Assembly: GCA_965178125.1 (NCBI GenBank)
Contig: OZ237750.1
Location: forward strand, 186,001-250,000
DNA: 64,000 nt
Direction: 5' to 3'
Origin: Bilabrum cf. latius
Taxonomy: Eukaryota
Notes under the pieces: generated by a model
What the model was told of the DNA's origin: nothing
Databases searched by the model: none
What the model saw: the letters and a program-made list of their open reading frames with translations, nothing else
Part shown: positions 1 to 13,552 of the stretch, piece by piece
Position numbering within the stretch: position 1 is the stretch's first letter
Layout: every line of letters starts with the position of its first letter
Translations under genes and position numbers: made by a program

Positions 1-1946
1 CACAGCGGCAGAGGCGCTCCCCACGGGCAGCAGAACCGACGGGTCCTGCGACCCCGATTGCGGAACCGATTGCGCGGCGCCGGTGGCCGGCAGGAGGCTC
101 CGTCGGTTGTAGACTGCAACCCCATACCTGTGCTGCTCCACGGGTGGAAGCGCGGGGCCCGACCCATCCATTTCTTTGGAAGCATTGCCCTTGCCCTTAT
201 CCTTGCCCTCTCCCCCTGATGATGCCCCTGATGCTGCCGCCTGCTCCTGCCCTGTGGACCCGGAGCCCGAAGCAGCCGCGGCGGCAGATGCACCGGACAG
301 CTCAGCCGCCGGGCACAGGAGGAGGGATGCGTCAGGGGAGAAGGACAGCCGCCGCACGAAGGAGCGGAGGGTGTCGTCGCAGAACAAACGGCGGGTAGCG
401 GCTGGCTGCGACGATGATGAGGCTGATGATGATGAGGCTGATGATGACGATGGCCTGGTGCCCCCTGCTGGTGCGCCCCCGTGCGCCGCACCCGCGCCAA
501 CCCCGATGGTGGACAGGCTGGCGATCTCACGCAGGATCCCCCGTCCCGAGTTGCCGGCCTCCGCGGCGCCTGCGGAACCATCCGGAGCCAAAAGTCGGCG
601 GGAGGCCGCGGCAGCCGTGGCGGCGTGACTCGCCGCGGAGCTCGCGGGGGTATTCCCCCGGGTGGCACCCCCCGCGTAGGGGTCATTCACCTGGTACACC
701 TTGACGGATCGATCGGCCCCCGCAGTGGCCAGCTGCCCCCCGCACGCCGAGAAGGTGACCCCCTGAAAGAACCCGCGGGACTCCCCGTGGCCCAGTTCCT
801 TGATGAGGCCGTTGAGGGGCTGCTTCGGCTGCCGCCCCGGCTTGCGCGGCGCCTGGGCGGCCTGCCCCTGGCTCGCATCGAAAAGTGCACGCAACCCCTC
901 TGCAGCTTTCGCGTCCGACGGAAGCTCTGCGGAACCCGGCGGCGCCGCGCGCACGAGCGCCTCAGCTGAGGTGGTTCCGGGTTGGGGCAGCGGAACCGGC
1001 CCCCAAACCGTTGCGCGGCGGTCGAGGCCGCACGCGGCGAGCAGGATGTGCTGGCTGGGCAGCGGGGGCACAGAGGAGATAGCTGAAGACGAAGAGGGTG
1101 CCGACGACCCCGCCCCCGCACTAGCGGCAGCCGCAGCCGCCGCGGCTGCAGCTGTCGCTTGCTAACCCGACCCTGACTAGTGCGCACCGCCCTCGTGTTC
1201 CCTGGTGCTCCGGATGGGCCCCCAGGCCAGGTCCACGAGCTCGTGACCCAGGGCTGCGGAACCTCCCCGGGCGCCGCGCACTCCCCCCACCCGGGGGCCC
1301 GCGGGCGCCTCTGGCTGCAGCCTCATGGTCAGGAGGCTCTCTGTGCCCTGCACGAACCTCCACCCGAAAGAATGGCCTCCGCCCCCGAGCCAGCCCAGCG
1401 CACCAGCCTAGCCGGCCTCTGACGATTTCTGCGCCTGGGCTGCCGAGGCGGCCGCGGCTCGCTCTCGCTGCTCGAGGGCGCGTCCCGGAGCGAGCACGCA
1501 CACGAAGCCGTCGTCGCCGGCAGAGGCGAGGTACCGGCCACATGGGCTCCACCTGCGAGAGCAACAACACATGCAGGCAAGAGGGTTGCGATTTGTTGTT
1601 GGTTGTGGTAGTCTTCGTGCAGCGAAGGTCGTGTCAGGTGGGCTCACCTGACTGCGTTGATTGCTGGCGGCCGTTGCCCCAATGTCAAATGAACTTTGCT
1701 AAGCTCGCAATGAAACCGAAGTCTGAGTGGAAACTGCTCTGGAGTCGCTGTCTTGAACGTGCCATCGGTCAATCTGGCGGCTGCCGCGCTATCCGTCGCC
1801 TCAGATTCTGCCTTCGTGGTACTGGCTACTCTCCACAGCAATATGCTGCTGTTGTCGCCGACCGTCGCTAACAATGGTATCCTAGGGTGAAAATCGAGGC
1901 CTCTGATAGGACCATTCGCTGCGTGAAATTGGTAAAACAAGCTCAT
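1..1946 (-). CDS. CHAF1B: WD40 protein, chromatin assembly factor 1 subunit B (p60/Cac2)-like; 3' end outside window
   Basis: MSLFYQFH..PIRGLDFHP..LATVGD..ILLWRV; AINAVR|WSPCGRYLASAGDDG across a GT-AG intron at 1553-1647; later GFFQGVTFSACGGQLATAGADRSVKVY resembles CAF1B repeats. Frame stays open through in-frame TAGs (e.g. 1408-1410). Confidence 0.65.
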
Positions 1947-2214
1947 CGGAACACGGATTGCACCGATCTATCGTTGAGTAGATGAATCCTTGTAGACTGT
2001 GGATCTCACGCGACTCATCGGTAGAATGCATAGCTATTTGAGGGACAAACGCCTGCATTTTGATAAAAAATACGGCGCACGATGCGAATAGAAGGATTTC
2101 ATTTGAAACGTAAATGAGGTATATTAAAAAGACCGGAGCTGCATCAGGGCTATCGTCACGCCGCCTTCGGGCAGCTCTCCGTACATTCCGACATAGAATA
2201 TAATACATATCTAT

Positions 2215-3216
2215 ATGATGGTCGTATTGGTTCATAAAGTATCGATTGGAGTGTTTCTGGCTCAATACTTCGGATACGTTGCTTTCTCGGCGTTCTTGCA
2301 ATTCTTCTTCTACCGGCGGGGCAACGCTTACAAGCCAAATGGGGGCAACAATCCTGCTACATCCTGGAAAACACAGCCTGAGCCCGGTCGGTGTGGCAGC
2401 CTTGGGGCAAAGGGTGGCCGCGCCGGCGCGAGGTGGTGGCCCATCCTTCCGGGCTCCCAAAGGAAATACGGGAGGCACCGGTGGCAATGGCTGTTCGCGT
2501 CTTATAATTTATTGCAGGCATCCATTATGGCTGGGCTGGTGGCGGAGGCGACGCAGCGACGGTGGAACGGCTTGGCCCTCTCGTGGAGAGAAGTAGGAAT
2601 CGATCCGGCCGCGACTGCTGAGCAAGTGGTCCACATTATTTGGTGCATGGTTCTATCCATTGCTTGGTAGTCCGTCTTAGAGTACATTTGGCACGTTACG
2701 CTGCACCTGGAGCCTCTCTATTCGTGGGCCCATCGGATCCACCACTATCCGAGGAGCCCCGAGCCGTTCGACGATTTGCTCATACACCCGCTGGAGGCGT
2801 TCGGCTACAACTGCATTCTGTTCTCTCCCTCGATGTTCTCCCAGCACTGGACCGCCTTCTTGGCGTACATGGTCGTGTTGGGGACGTGCGGGGTGCTGGA
2901 TCACTCGGGCGTCAGGGCGGTGGCGTCTGTGCCGCTGCTCTGGCTGGTTCGCGAAGGTTCCTCCCCTGAGGAGAAGGCGGGATCTGGCCGGCGGTGGGGC
3001 TTGGTGTGGGTGCCACTGTACGATGCCAGGGAACACGATCTCCATCACGAGCTCGTGAACGTGAACTTTGGATTTCCAACCATGCTGCTCGACCGCCTGT
3101 GCGGGACATACGCACCCCCCGAATCGAGGCTACGATCCAGGGAACAAGGAGATATTGGAGAGCAACAGAAGCAGCTGGTAGTTCGGGATGTGGCTGAAGC
3201 ACCGTGCGACGACTGA
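2215..3216 (+). CDS. Fatty acid hydroxylase / sterol desaturase family protein (~333 aa)
   Basis: Reading TAG 2668-2670 as Gln joins two ORFs and restores the His boxes HVTLH, HRIHH and HDLHH plus IHPLE; ends TGA. Confidence 0.85.
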
Positions 3217-3751
3217 TGCACCTCCACAGTGATCTAGGTACCGGATGGGATAGGCAGGTGAACAGCAACTCGAGGTTGAAAGGCGACACACAAGGCGACC
3301 GGAAGCAACTTCTAGAATAGACCTAGACCCTATAGAATACTAGGCCGCTATCCGGGTGGACAAGCCTCCCAGGTCCCAGCTCTCGACTCTGATGAGCAAC
3401 TCTGAGGAGCGGCAGGTAGACACCATCGATCCGGAGCATGCTGTGCTAAAAGCATCCATTTTGCACGCACACAGAAGCAGGCGCATGCATACGCATAGGA
3501 TGATGCACAAACGCATCAATTTGGCCCAGACAGCAGCCTGCTTCTACGGACGGGCCATGCACGGGCTGGGCTGTCTCTGCCTGTCGGCGGAGTCCTTCCG
3601 AGACGAAGCCAGCATGATGCAGCTTGCCGATTGCAGCAGTGTTGAATAAACATGTAGGAACTTTCTCTTTCTGGTTTGTTCTGAGCGCGCGCCTTTCCAG
3701 ATAGGCATATCCGGATCTAGCGACGCCTCCAGCGAACCCTGTCGAAATTTG

Positions 3752-6700
3752 ATGAATCGCCGATTGAACAATCCAATATTTGATTTGAACACAATCCAGG
3801 TCATGTGAGTGATGCAGGCGATCCCTACCTTCCGCTATTCACATTTGGTATTTTATCATATTTGTCTGTATCCAATCCTGTCGGTTCCTGTGCTGATTGC
3901 AGGCCTGTTCGAAAAAGGAAGCGGAAGGGAGCCGCGGCCAAAGCAAGGTCTGGCGCTGGCGGTGCTTCAAGCGGGGCAGCCGGAGGCGATGTGGAAGAGG
4001 GGTATGTTGGCGTGACATCTTCATCTGCGCTGCGCGCAGGGAAAGGTCCAGCAAGATCCAGGCTGGAACAGTTTCGAACGTGGCACATAAATGCCGTCTG
4101 GCAGTTTCCATCGCGTCGCTCGACAAGCGGAGGGGCCAGGCTCGATCGTGCGCGGGAGAGTATGGAAGCTCTTATTGAAAACCTATCTTGGGCGGTCTAC
4201 ATGGCCCGCGTTGCCGGCGAGCGTCTGCCAGACGACCCGTACGCGCCGCCAGTAGTTGCCGGCACCCCGAAAGCCATCTCGGACAGGCTCGCCCGCTAGG
4301 GAGACCCTTCCGGCAGTTATCGCGGACTTGGCATGATCAGCCAGATGGAGAAAGGCAGCAAGTGCTATGTCGCTGCCGTTGGCCTGATGAAGGCCGCCGC
4401 ATCGGAGCTGCAGGCCGAGGATGGAGGCGAGCGGAACCTCACCCCCGCGAGCGGCGCCGCAACCGCGGAGGCCTTCCGGAACCTCGCGCAGTACGCCCGC
4501 ACCCTCACGGGAAACGTGGACGGGACGGAGTGGGGCAACGGACCCGAGGAGGTGGGGGGCACCCACGCCAAGGGCATGCTCATGATCGGCAAGCTGAACG
4601 AGGCCGAGATACCAGCCGCCGCCCGGGACGCAGCCGCATCTAGCGCGGGTTCTACAGCCGCCGCCGGAGCGAAGGGCCGGGGAGCTGACGCCCCCGGGAC
4701 GGTGCGCTTTGACCCTCTGTACGCGTGGACTCGGTGTGCCGTGTCCCGGCTGCAGGACTCCACCATGAAGATGATCCGGTACTACCTTCCCCCCGAAGAT
4801 GAGGCCAACTCGGCGTCTCTTCTCGGCTTTGGGTTCGGCGGGGGAGGAGGAGAGGCCGATGACGGGCGCATGGAGACGCTTTACCCTGCCACGCTCGCCC
4901 GCGAAGCCGGAACTGCGGGAGTGCAGTGCATCTAGTGGTGCGACGGCGCGATCCGGTGCCTGGTTGACGCCGGGTACAGGGGTTCAAGGGGCGGCATGCG
5001 GGGTTTTTACGCGGCGCTCGGGTCCTTACAGCCGATCAACGCGTTGAAGGAGAGCAGTCCCCTTTGGGAGGGCGATGCTCGCGGGGCGGCCACCGTCGGC
5101 GAGGCCTTGGGCATAGACACTGTGGCTCAGATCGCGGCGGCCTCGGCGATGGCCGCGGCTCTCTGGCTCGGAGACAGGCCCTAGTGCATGAAGGCCCGTG
5201 CCCCGGCGGCCATGTCGCGGACGTATCCGGGAGAGTGCGGGGAAACGTACCCGGGTGGGTGGGAAGAGCACGACGTGGTGCACGAGAAGAACCTAGCGAG
5301 CATCGTACAAGCATCCGTGTCGGTGGCAAGGCAGTTGCTCGGCTGCCTGGGCGTGAGTCCCGGCCACGCGCTGCAGAAGGGGGCGATGAGGGAACTGGAT
5401 CCGCCGAGGGCCACGGAGCGCAACATCCGGATCCTCAAGTGCGTGCAAGAGCTCCTGGAGGCTGCCTGCATCTCGGCTCAGGAGCTGGCGGAGTTCGCCA
5501 ACCGGCCGGGCGCGATCGCACTCATGAGCGGGCTGAGCGGCGGCTTGACCAAGGTACTGGGGGGGCTCATCGAGGCGGCGGCGACGTTCGAGATGCTGTG
5601 CCTTCCCCTGCTCCTCAAGAGACCAGGGAGGGCGCTGGGGCACAGGTACGGGCAGTTCAACGACGCCGTGCAGGCTGCCTGTCCCTGGGTCAGCGAGGAC
5701 TACGGCACGGCGGCCCCCCTCACGTGCGCTGCACAGACCATCATGGCTGTGCGGCTGCTGGTTGGGGGGCACTCAGACGCGGCCCGGTGGTCATCGAAGG
5801 CGCTCCCTTCGCAGGCAAAACCGTGGGTGCCGAACTGGGTGGAGCTGTTTTAGCTGCAGATTGCCGTGGCTACGTGCCATCCCAACCTGCTGACCGCGGG
5901 TGCAGCTGCGCGCGGCGCCGCCCTGGTGCTGCAGCACGTTCCGCAGGATGTGTTGAAGGGGCCGCCCCAGCTGGGGTTCGACCCGTCGACAGGCGCGGAG
6001 AGTGACATCAGCGGGGAGCTTGAAGCCCTCATGAAGATGCTCGGCAAGCAGGCCGGCATGCCTGCGCAGCAGCAGTCATGGGAGAAAGGCATGAAGACGG
6101 TTCTGGATCGGCTGTGGAGGGCCGTGCTGCAGAGAGACGACGTTGTGACGACGGTCGCGGCAAGAGCGGCGGGAGGGGGCGAGAGCGAGAGCAAATGCAG
6201 CTCGGGCGGCAAGGCACAGGGCACTAGGGGCAGGCGGGGCCGCAGGGGCAAGTCCAAGGCTTCGAGCAAATCTGGCCGAGCCGCGGTCGATCCGTTCGCG
6301 GGAGCGATGCCCCAGGGATGCTACAGTTCGGCAGAAGCGCTGGGGCAGGGCTTGCTCATGTGCATGAGCCGCCCCGTGGTGGCTAGGGAGTCCTTCCTAT
6401 GGGTGGGGGCGGTCGAGCTGAGCATCGCTGCGTGTCTCCGGGGGCTGGGCATCTCTCAGTCGGACGATGTCCGCCTCCCGAAAGTGCTAGACGTGATCTG
6501 CCAGCGGTTTGAGGCTGATAAAGAAGGGGACTACACTGGCCTTGCAAAGTACGACTCCGCGGAGATGGAGGTGAGGCCCACAGAGGGGCCCACCAGGTGG
6601 CACGACGGGCCGATCATGTGGCACAAGGGGCCCAGGCCCGGCCAGATGGTGGGGCCGCAAGAAACCACCGGGCGGGCAGTGTGGCTGCTATCGAAGGTGA

Positions 6701-6774
6701 GGAGCGGGCAGCGGAGAGCCATGCTCGTGCAGATGCGTGAGGCTGCGATTCGCACCAAACTCGCGCACGGCTGA
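3752..6774 (+). CDS. Hypothetical protein (~970 aa) with N-terminal basic NLS-like stretch
   Basis: Five ORF fragments (3805, 4333, 4996, 5188, 5866) share one frame and are separated only by TAG; ends TGA. Probable intron 3805-3902 (GTGAGT..GCAG). Start uncertain (3752, or a split ATG at 3803). Confidence 0.65.
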
Positions 6775-7250
6775 GCAATTGGCTTGCTGAACGAGCGCTA
6801 CGCGCGCGAGAGTGAGTTGAGTTGTGGGAAACCGCGCTAGCCACTTCGCCTGCCACTGTCGATCGTCCGACGAGCGCTCTGGCGGCCCGGATGGCGGCAG
6901 CGTCGGAGCATTGAGAGAAGGAGAGTGGGGAAGGGCAGCAAGTTCTAGCGTGGCCTGTGTCATTTAGATTCGGGGTAGATCAAAAAAGAAGCAGTCATCC
7001 CGAGGTGCGAAATCCCACCGCAACGGCAGCACGTCGAGAAGCAGACCGACTGCTGCGGCCGTGCGCGGCGCCGCGCTTGACGTGTTCCGCAAGGAAGCGG
7101 AGGAGCAGGCGCTCCCAAGCCTGGGTGGGGCCGCCGCCCACTCATGCCTGAGAGCAGTACGAGATGTAGGCTAGATCCAGGATATGTGCAGACTGCATGG
7201 TTAACCTGTCTCCTTGCTTCCCAAAACGCGAGTGAGAATCCAGCTAGGCT

Positions 7251-10200
7251 TCAAGTCGGCTCGGCGGATTTGGCCGCCTTGCCTCCCCCCTTGCCCTTCG
7301 ACTTGGCCTTGCCCTTGCCCTTCCCCTTGCCCTTGCTCCCTTTCTTCTTGAGGAGGTTCTTGAAGAACGCCTGAGCGTCCTCTTCCTGGCCTGCACCGGC
7401 TGCACCGCCCCGCGCCTGGCCCCTTTGGCCACCTTCGCTGTCCCCCGCGTCGGACTCGGCCCCGCTCTCAGCCCCCGCGGCCCCTTCCTCCTTGGCCTTC
7501 CTGGACCTGGACCGAGTGCTCCTGCCCCCGCCACTTGTTCCCCGAGTTGTTCTCCGAGAGAGCCGCTCCGGTGCGGTGTCGGACCGCTCGATCGCAGCAG
7601 CCGAGCCGCGGGTGCCGGAGTCTGCTGCTGCGGCTGCTGCGGCTCGTCGGGTCCTTGCCGCCCGAGGAGGTCTCCCAGCCGCCCCTGAGGTTGCAACCGA
7701 TGCCGATGCCGACTCCGACTCCTTGCCTGACCTCTTCGAAGAGGCGCTAGAGCCACTAGATGCGGCGGCCTTCTAGTCCTCTAGAGCCTTTCGCCTTCTG
7801 TCAGCCAGCGCCTGCGACGGGTGCAGCAAGGAAGCCAGGAATCGCGCCTCGCCCACCATCCCTTGTTCCCTGGATAGCAGCGCAAGGACCTGATCCGATC
7901 CTGATCCAGAGCTGCCACGCTCCGAGTCTCTCTCCGCCTGGATCTGGAGCCCGTGGGCGAGCGAACCACTCGTCAAACCACTGGCACCGCCGCCGCTACC
8001 ACTAGCCCCTGCACCTGCCCCTGCCCCAGCCCCGCCGCCGCCACGCACCGAGGCTCCCTCCGCCACGGCCTGCAGCACCTCCGATGCCAGATCCGCGCGG
8101 CGCTCCCACGCGCCATCCGCACTCATCACACCTCTCCCAGAGGGACCGTCGTCCGCGCCGTCGAAGGACCACGCGGGCGGCTGTTCCCTGGACCACCGCG
8201 CCACCGCCTGGGCAGCGGCACCCGCCCCCGTGCCCGAGGGGAGGGCCCCCTCCTCCTCGTCCTCCACGGCCCGAAGGATCGGATCGTCGGCCCACAGCGC
8301 GGACGCGAGGGCGCGGCCCAGCTCTGCGCGGCGCCGATCCGGTTCCGCAGCCGTCATGTGGCCGGGTGCCTGCGCGGTGTCTGGCACGTCCAGGCTTGGC
8401 TCGCCGGGCGGAGCCAGGGGCAGAGACAGCAGCCCGTCGCTCGTCACACGGGCCCCAAGCGACGCCGTTGACCTGCCACCGCCGCCAGCAAAGGCGACTC
8501 GCAACGCGCTCGTCACACCGTCCCGGTTCCTCACGAGGCGTCGGTAGTGCTCCCTGAGCGTGCTCAAAATGGTCGCAACCGGCTTCCCCTTGCTCTTGCT
8601 CTTGCCCCCGCTACCTTTTGCCACCTCGGACCCGCCTGTTGTTCCCTCGGACGAGTCGATGCTCCCCCCTAGACCCAGGCTGCAGTTGAGTCCGGGCAGC
8701 AGCGCCACCCACCCCGGCCCCTGAAGCCCGGAGGTTGCAACCGCTGGACCCGCCGCTTCCAGCGGGTGTCTGGCGAGGCGAGCGGCGCCCCCGGCGTTTG
8801 CGGATCCACCTCCACCAGCGCCCGCAGCCACGGCAGAGGCCACCAAGGGGCCCCATCCGACGGTTGTGCCCCCAGCACCTCCAGGGGAAATCCCCTGAGC
8901 CCCCAGCACGGGGTCGCCCAGCACGGCGTCCAGCACTGCCCGCAGGCCAGGCGCACCAGCCGTCAGGATGGCCCGGCCAGAGTGCGCGGCGCCGGTCTGC
9001 GGAACCAACGACCCGTCCTCGCCCTCACCGGCGAGCGGCGGCGGCACCGCCAGGGGCCAGCCGCACTCGTCACACGGCAGGCAGGGCCGAAGCACGAGAA
9101 GGCGAGCGACGGCCCTCCGCACCGCCTCCGCGGCTGCCTCGTCGACTGCATTGTTCCCTGGCGAACCTTCGCTGCCGGTAGCCACGTCCCCGCCTTCTTC
9201 GAGCTTGGACTCCTGGCCCGACGACCCGCCACTCTGTGACGTCACCGCTGACGTGGCGCGACGCAGCTGCTCCGCAGCGGCCCGCAGCGCGTCGTCGATT
9301 GCCTCAGCCTCCGCCGCCGCCCCGGCCGACCCGTCCTCCGACGATCCAACTCCCCCGCCGCCGCCGCCGCCCTGCTGCTGCTGCTGCGCTGCCCCCACGG
9401 CAGCTTGCAGCGCCGACTCGGCCTGTGCTGCCTGGGCTGGGAGAACCACGCCAGTGTCCGAGGGCACAAAGCAGGCGGGCAGACAGGTGGCGGGCAGGGC
9501 GCCGAGGGGTGGCAGCCCGGGGAGGCCGCAGAGACCTGGGTCGATCGCACCACCGTGCAATCCACCCGCAGAATCCGTAGATCCGCCGTCGGTGCCTGCG
9601 CTGCTCCCCGCGCCTGCGCCTGCGCTGCTGGCAGCCGCTGCCGACGCGGCATCTGCAAGCAGACCCGGGCCGTCTGCACCCGCGGGGAGGCAGAGAGAAC
9701 AACGGGGCCCCCACCGTGGGGCGAACGGCAGCGCCTCCGGTCCAGCGGCGCGCGCGGCGCCGGTTCCGCTAGGAGGGGTTGCGGGGCGGCGGGCCCCTGG
9801 AGAGGCGAATTCGGGCACACCACCCGCACCCCGTCTCCTCGCCGAAGCCGCCGCTAAGCCGCCCGGCGACTGGAACTAAGCCGCGTGTCCAGCAAGCGGG
9901 GTGGCAACGCCCCCGGACGGCCCGCTCGAATTCGAAGATGAAGACAGAGGCGGGGCCCAGCCGGAGCCGGGCGCAGCGGCCGCGCTCGCGGTGGCGAGCA
10001 GCGCAGACACGCAACGCGCGGCGCCGGTTCCGCTGCTCGTCACGCACGCCAGGGACAGTCCAGCCGCCACCGCCGCTCGCCTGGCGTGCGCCAGCACCGT
10101 GTCTGCTGCGGAACCATGGAGGCGCCGCGCAAACCAGCGCGTGGTGGTGGAGAGCGACCGAGAAGACGCGGGGGACACGATGGCCGTCGCGCTTGCGGAA

Positions 10201-11537
10201 CCTCCTGCGGGCAGCGCGTGCGCGGCGCCCACCAGCGCCAGCCTCGCCGCCGCGAGTGGCTCCTCGTAGTCCTCTTCTGCTCCGATCGGTGCGTCTCGTG
10301 AGGCATCTGCATCGCCGGCGGTACCCGGCCCGGCCTTTGCCACCTCCAAGGCCTCCGTGGCAGCTGCTCCGAATCCAGCGGGATCCAGGTCCTCCGCGTG
10401 CTGCAGCGCAATGCACCCCGGCATGCAGGGACAGACTGCCTCGTGACACACGCAGGCTGGCAGTGAGCTGGAGCCGGGGGTGCCCAGCCCGGCCGCGACA
10501 CCGCGGTGGTTCCGCACGGGTGTGCGCGGTGGGCCACCGCTTGTTCCCTGCCTATTGTTCCCCGAGCCCCCCCCCTCCTCCTCCTCCTCCTCGTCGGAAG
10601 AGGACGTGTCCCCGGCCTGTGCGAACCCGGCGTTGGCACCGCCCCCACTACCGCGGGAGGCCCTGGAGGCCCTGCCCCCGTGTGACGAGCTATTCGCGCG
10701 GGGAAGCTTTCGGACTGGGGCGGAGCCCGGGCGAAAGCCCGCCCACCACCTCCTCAGCGTCACCCTTCGTCGCCTGAGCTCCGATTTCGACTCCGAGTCG
10801 GGCGCATGGGCCTCGAAGTCCGCGGTGGTGCCGCGAAGGGCTACTTCAGCCGGCGTCCCGTCCTGCGGTGCTCTGTTCCTGGATGCCGCCGCGGCCGCGC
10901 TCGCCTCTCCTAGCACCCGAGCAGCTGCCAGCAGACGAGCAAGAGTTCGATCCAGCTCGAAGAACCTTCGGCAAGAGGCGAGCAGCACCACGGTTGCCCG
11001 TTCCAGGTGCTCTTTCGGCACCGCTGATGGGAATAAGATGGCAGCGTCCTCAGGGCTCTCTACTCCGTACACGTGAAGCTCTCCAATGCCCCCTGCTGCT
11101 GATGCTACGCTGTGACTGCTCGATCCTTTGGTATCCTGGCCCTTGTAGACTCTCAGGCAATCCTGCGGATCGCGAATGCATTCATATCGAATCTGACTAA
11201 ATTTTCCGGCGCCCCAGTGCCCTCTAGCTGCTCTTGCCCGTCTTGCAAGCAATCGGTCGGGTGCAAGACGGTCGCCTGCGCATGCGCCCAGCTGTCCCAT
11301 GAACAAGTCGACATCACACCCTGGAGACCCTGCGGTGGATCATAGTTCTCTAGTCAAATAGTAGAACGTGATTGGATGAATGCATGTGCGTGGCTTGCTT
11401 TGACTAGTAGTATCGATCCCCTCACCAACTACAAGCAAGCAGCCGGTGTCATGAGCTTGCCGTTCGCTAGGACCCGCCGGGAGATCTCCGAGCAGGATAT
11501 TCATGGCGTACTACTCTTGCCTTGTACGGGCTGCCAT
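7251..11537 (-). CDS. Large low-complexity protein resembling cytoplasmic dynein light intermediate chain
   Basis: One frame through TAGs at 9876 and 7773 to TGA at 7251; probable intron ~11330-11426. Degenerate P-loop (CLLVVGSPGCDVDL), LERATVVLLAS, RRAAVAAGLSLACVTS and C-terminal QAFFKNLLKKK resemble DLIC motifs. Confidence 0.45.
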
Positions 11538-11643
11538 GGCCCCCACAACCTGCAGTGCAGCTTGTGCGCTCGTCCACAAACTTAAAATACGAGTTAGAAC
11601 CGCCGGAACTGCAACCGCACGAATCTCATTGAATAAGGTAAAA

Positions 11644-12521
11644 ATGGCTGCAATGAAGCGCCTAGACAATCCAATGCGAAGATACAAACGAGTTAGGCCA
11701 GTCCCTGGATGGGAGCAGGTTGTAGCATCTCACTCAAACGGGGTCTCGCTTGTGCTCCTTGGCGCTGGGCATCCATTACTATCTTTGCGAGAGAGTGGAG
11801 ATTCTATCGAACGGATAGATTGGGATCTATCTAAACTACGGGTGGACCCTTGGGAAGGATCCCCGCGGTACCCTCACGAGTGGCGTCGAAAAGCTAGATC
11901 AGACGGGGCCGACTAGTTGGATGCCCGACCGAGCAAGCGGGCAAGGACAGAAATCTCGTCTGGAAAGGGAACTAGCACGGGCGAAGATTCACATGCCCAC
12001 GTAATGACCAGCTCAGGTCCACCCACGCCTGGATCTGCTCCACCAAGCCAGGCGTCTGCAGCACCAGCCGAGCCGGGCCCGCGCCCGAACCTTCCCAGGC
12101 TGGCGGGGCGCTGCAAAGGGCACAACCTGGCAGACCTTGCATCGTCAGTGAAGGGAAAGAAGAAAAGGGGAGCGGCGTACGCGCACGAGCTGACCCCGCT
12201 CTGCCGGATCGTGTGCAGGAGCGGGGCAGTGTACATGCCCAGAGCGTGCACGGCGGGGCGCCTCGTGGAGCGCAACACGAGGCTGGACAAGGATCCGGAA
12301 TTGATAATCAAGGACCCCGAAGGGCTTGGGTGGCTGGTGCTTGTGGTCAGACGCGCTACCGGCGGGGACGGCAACATCGGTGCGGCGGGCAATGGGGCAA
12401 TGTCAGGTGCTGGTGCGGGTGCAGGTGCTGGTGGCAGGGTTGTGATGGGGATCGGGGGGGCTGCTTCTGCAGCGGTAGCATCTGGCTCGCAATCGGCAGG
12501 CGTAGCCTCCTCAGAATCACT

Positions 12522-12577
<56 letters not shown>

Positions 12578-12852
12578 ACTCAACAGGTGAAGCAGGGGCG
12601 GGGGCAAGGGCAGGGCAGCGATCGCTCGTCGGCCTGTCGGTGGCAGAGGTGGGCGCAGCCGAAGCGCTTGCCCAGCCCGGAGTGAGCATCGTCGCGGAGT
12701 ACCACCGGCCGGAATCGAAGCATGGATGCTCCAAATCGGGCGAAATGCCGTCTTCTGCTGCCAGCGCGGGCGGACATGGTAGTACTACCAGCCTGAGTAC
12801 TAGTAGCCAGGGAGCAGATGCAGGTGCCCTGCCTGCAGGGGGCAGGGGGTGA
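11644..12852 (+). CDS. ABITRAM: Abitram / FAM206A (Simiate)-like protein with Ser/Gly-rich tail
   Basis: HSNGVSLVLLGAGHPLL ... VKGKKKRGAAY..ELTPLCRIVC..G..Y..RAC..GRLVE.N.RL...PELI..DPEGLGWL. The two halves are joined through TAG 11914-11916. Confidence 0.75.
12525..12577 (+). repeat. (TCGTCC)n microsatellite encoding poly-Ser
   Basis: Tandem hexamer repeat inside the CDS. Confidence 0.9.
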
Positions 12853-13018
12853 CACGTCCACGGGACAGGCGACAGGGCGAGAGGACTTGAGCGGTGAATC
12901 AGGTGGTCATGGGGTTGCTTCGGATGTGACGTAAGTAACTTGCACTGGCTTAAGCGGCAAACTGAATGTGGCCGACTCGATTTCTAGGACGAGGATATTG
13001 ACCTGTAGTATGCCTCAG

Positions 13019-13436
13019 TCACGAACCGCCTGCCCCTCCTGCTGCAGCGCCATCACCCTCCCCAACTGATCCAAACGGCGTAATTTCTGGCTTCTCGCCC
13101 GATAAGGTAAAGTAGACGACCGAATCGTCCTCTATTTCGTGGTCTGCGATGGTGGCAGCATCCGGAAGTTCAGTTTCCTTGTCCTCTTTTGTTAATGTTA
13201 TCTCGTCTGCCTTGTGGTCAGTAAGCTCAGCAACCTGTGGTGCAAGCATGACAAGCAACGCAACGGGGCTGCAGACACAGTAACTAGCAGCGAGAATTGG
13301 GCTTCTTGGTCCTGCTTGCGGCTTGGCTTCTCACTTTGGCACGGATTTTCCCAAAACTGTCAGAATCCTACACTAGCAAGAATATTGTTTCATCCTATCG
13401 TTTGAGCCTAATTGACTTGACTACATTCAGCGCCAT
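13019..13436 (-). CDS. Ubiquitin-like (Elongin-B-like) small protein
   Basis: MALNVVKSIRLKRQDETIFLLVQDSDSFGKIRAK (two TAG=Q), phase-0 GT-AG intron, then VAELTDHKADEITL...LPDAATIADHEIEDDSVVYF; ends TGA. Confidence 0.65.
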
Positions 13437-13552
13437 GGAAACAGAGCTACTTTGTTAAATTAAATCTGTTGCACTTGCGCAATTAAACCTTACTTTCAAG
13501 GGAAATCTGATTTTATTGTTTGGCCGATAGCCATATCTTTCTTGCCAATACC

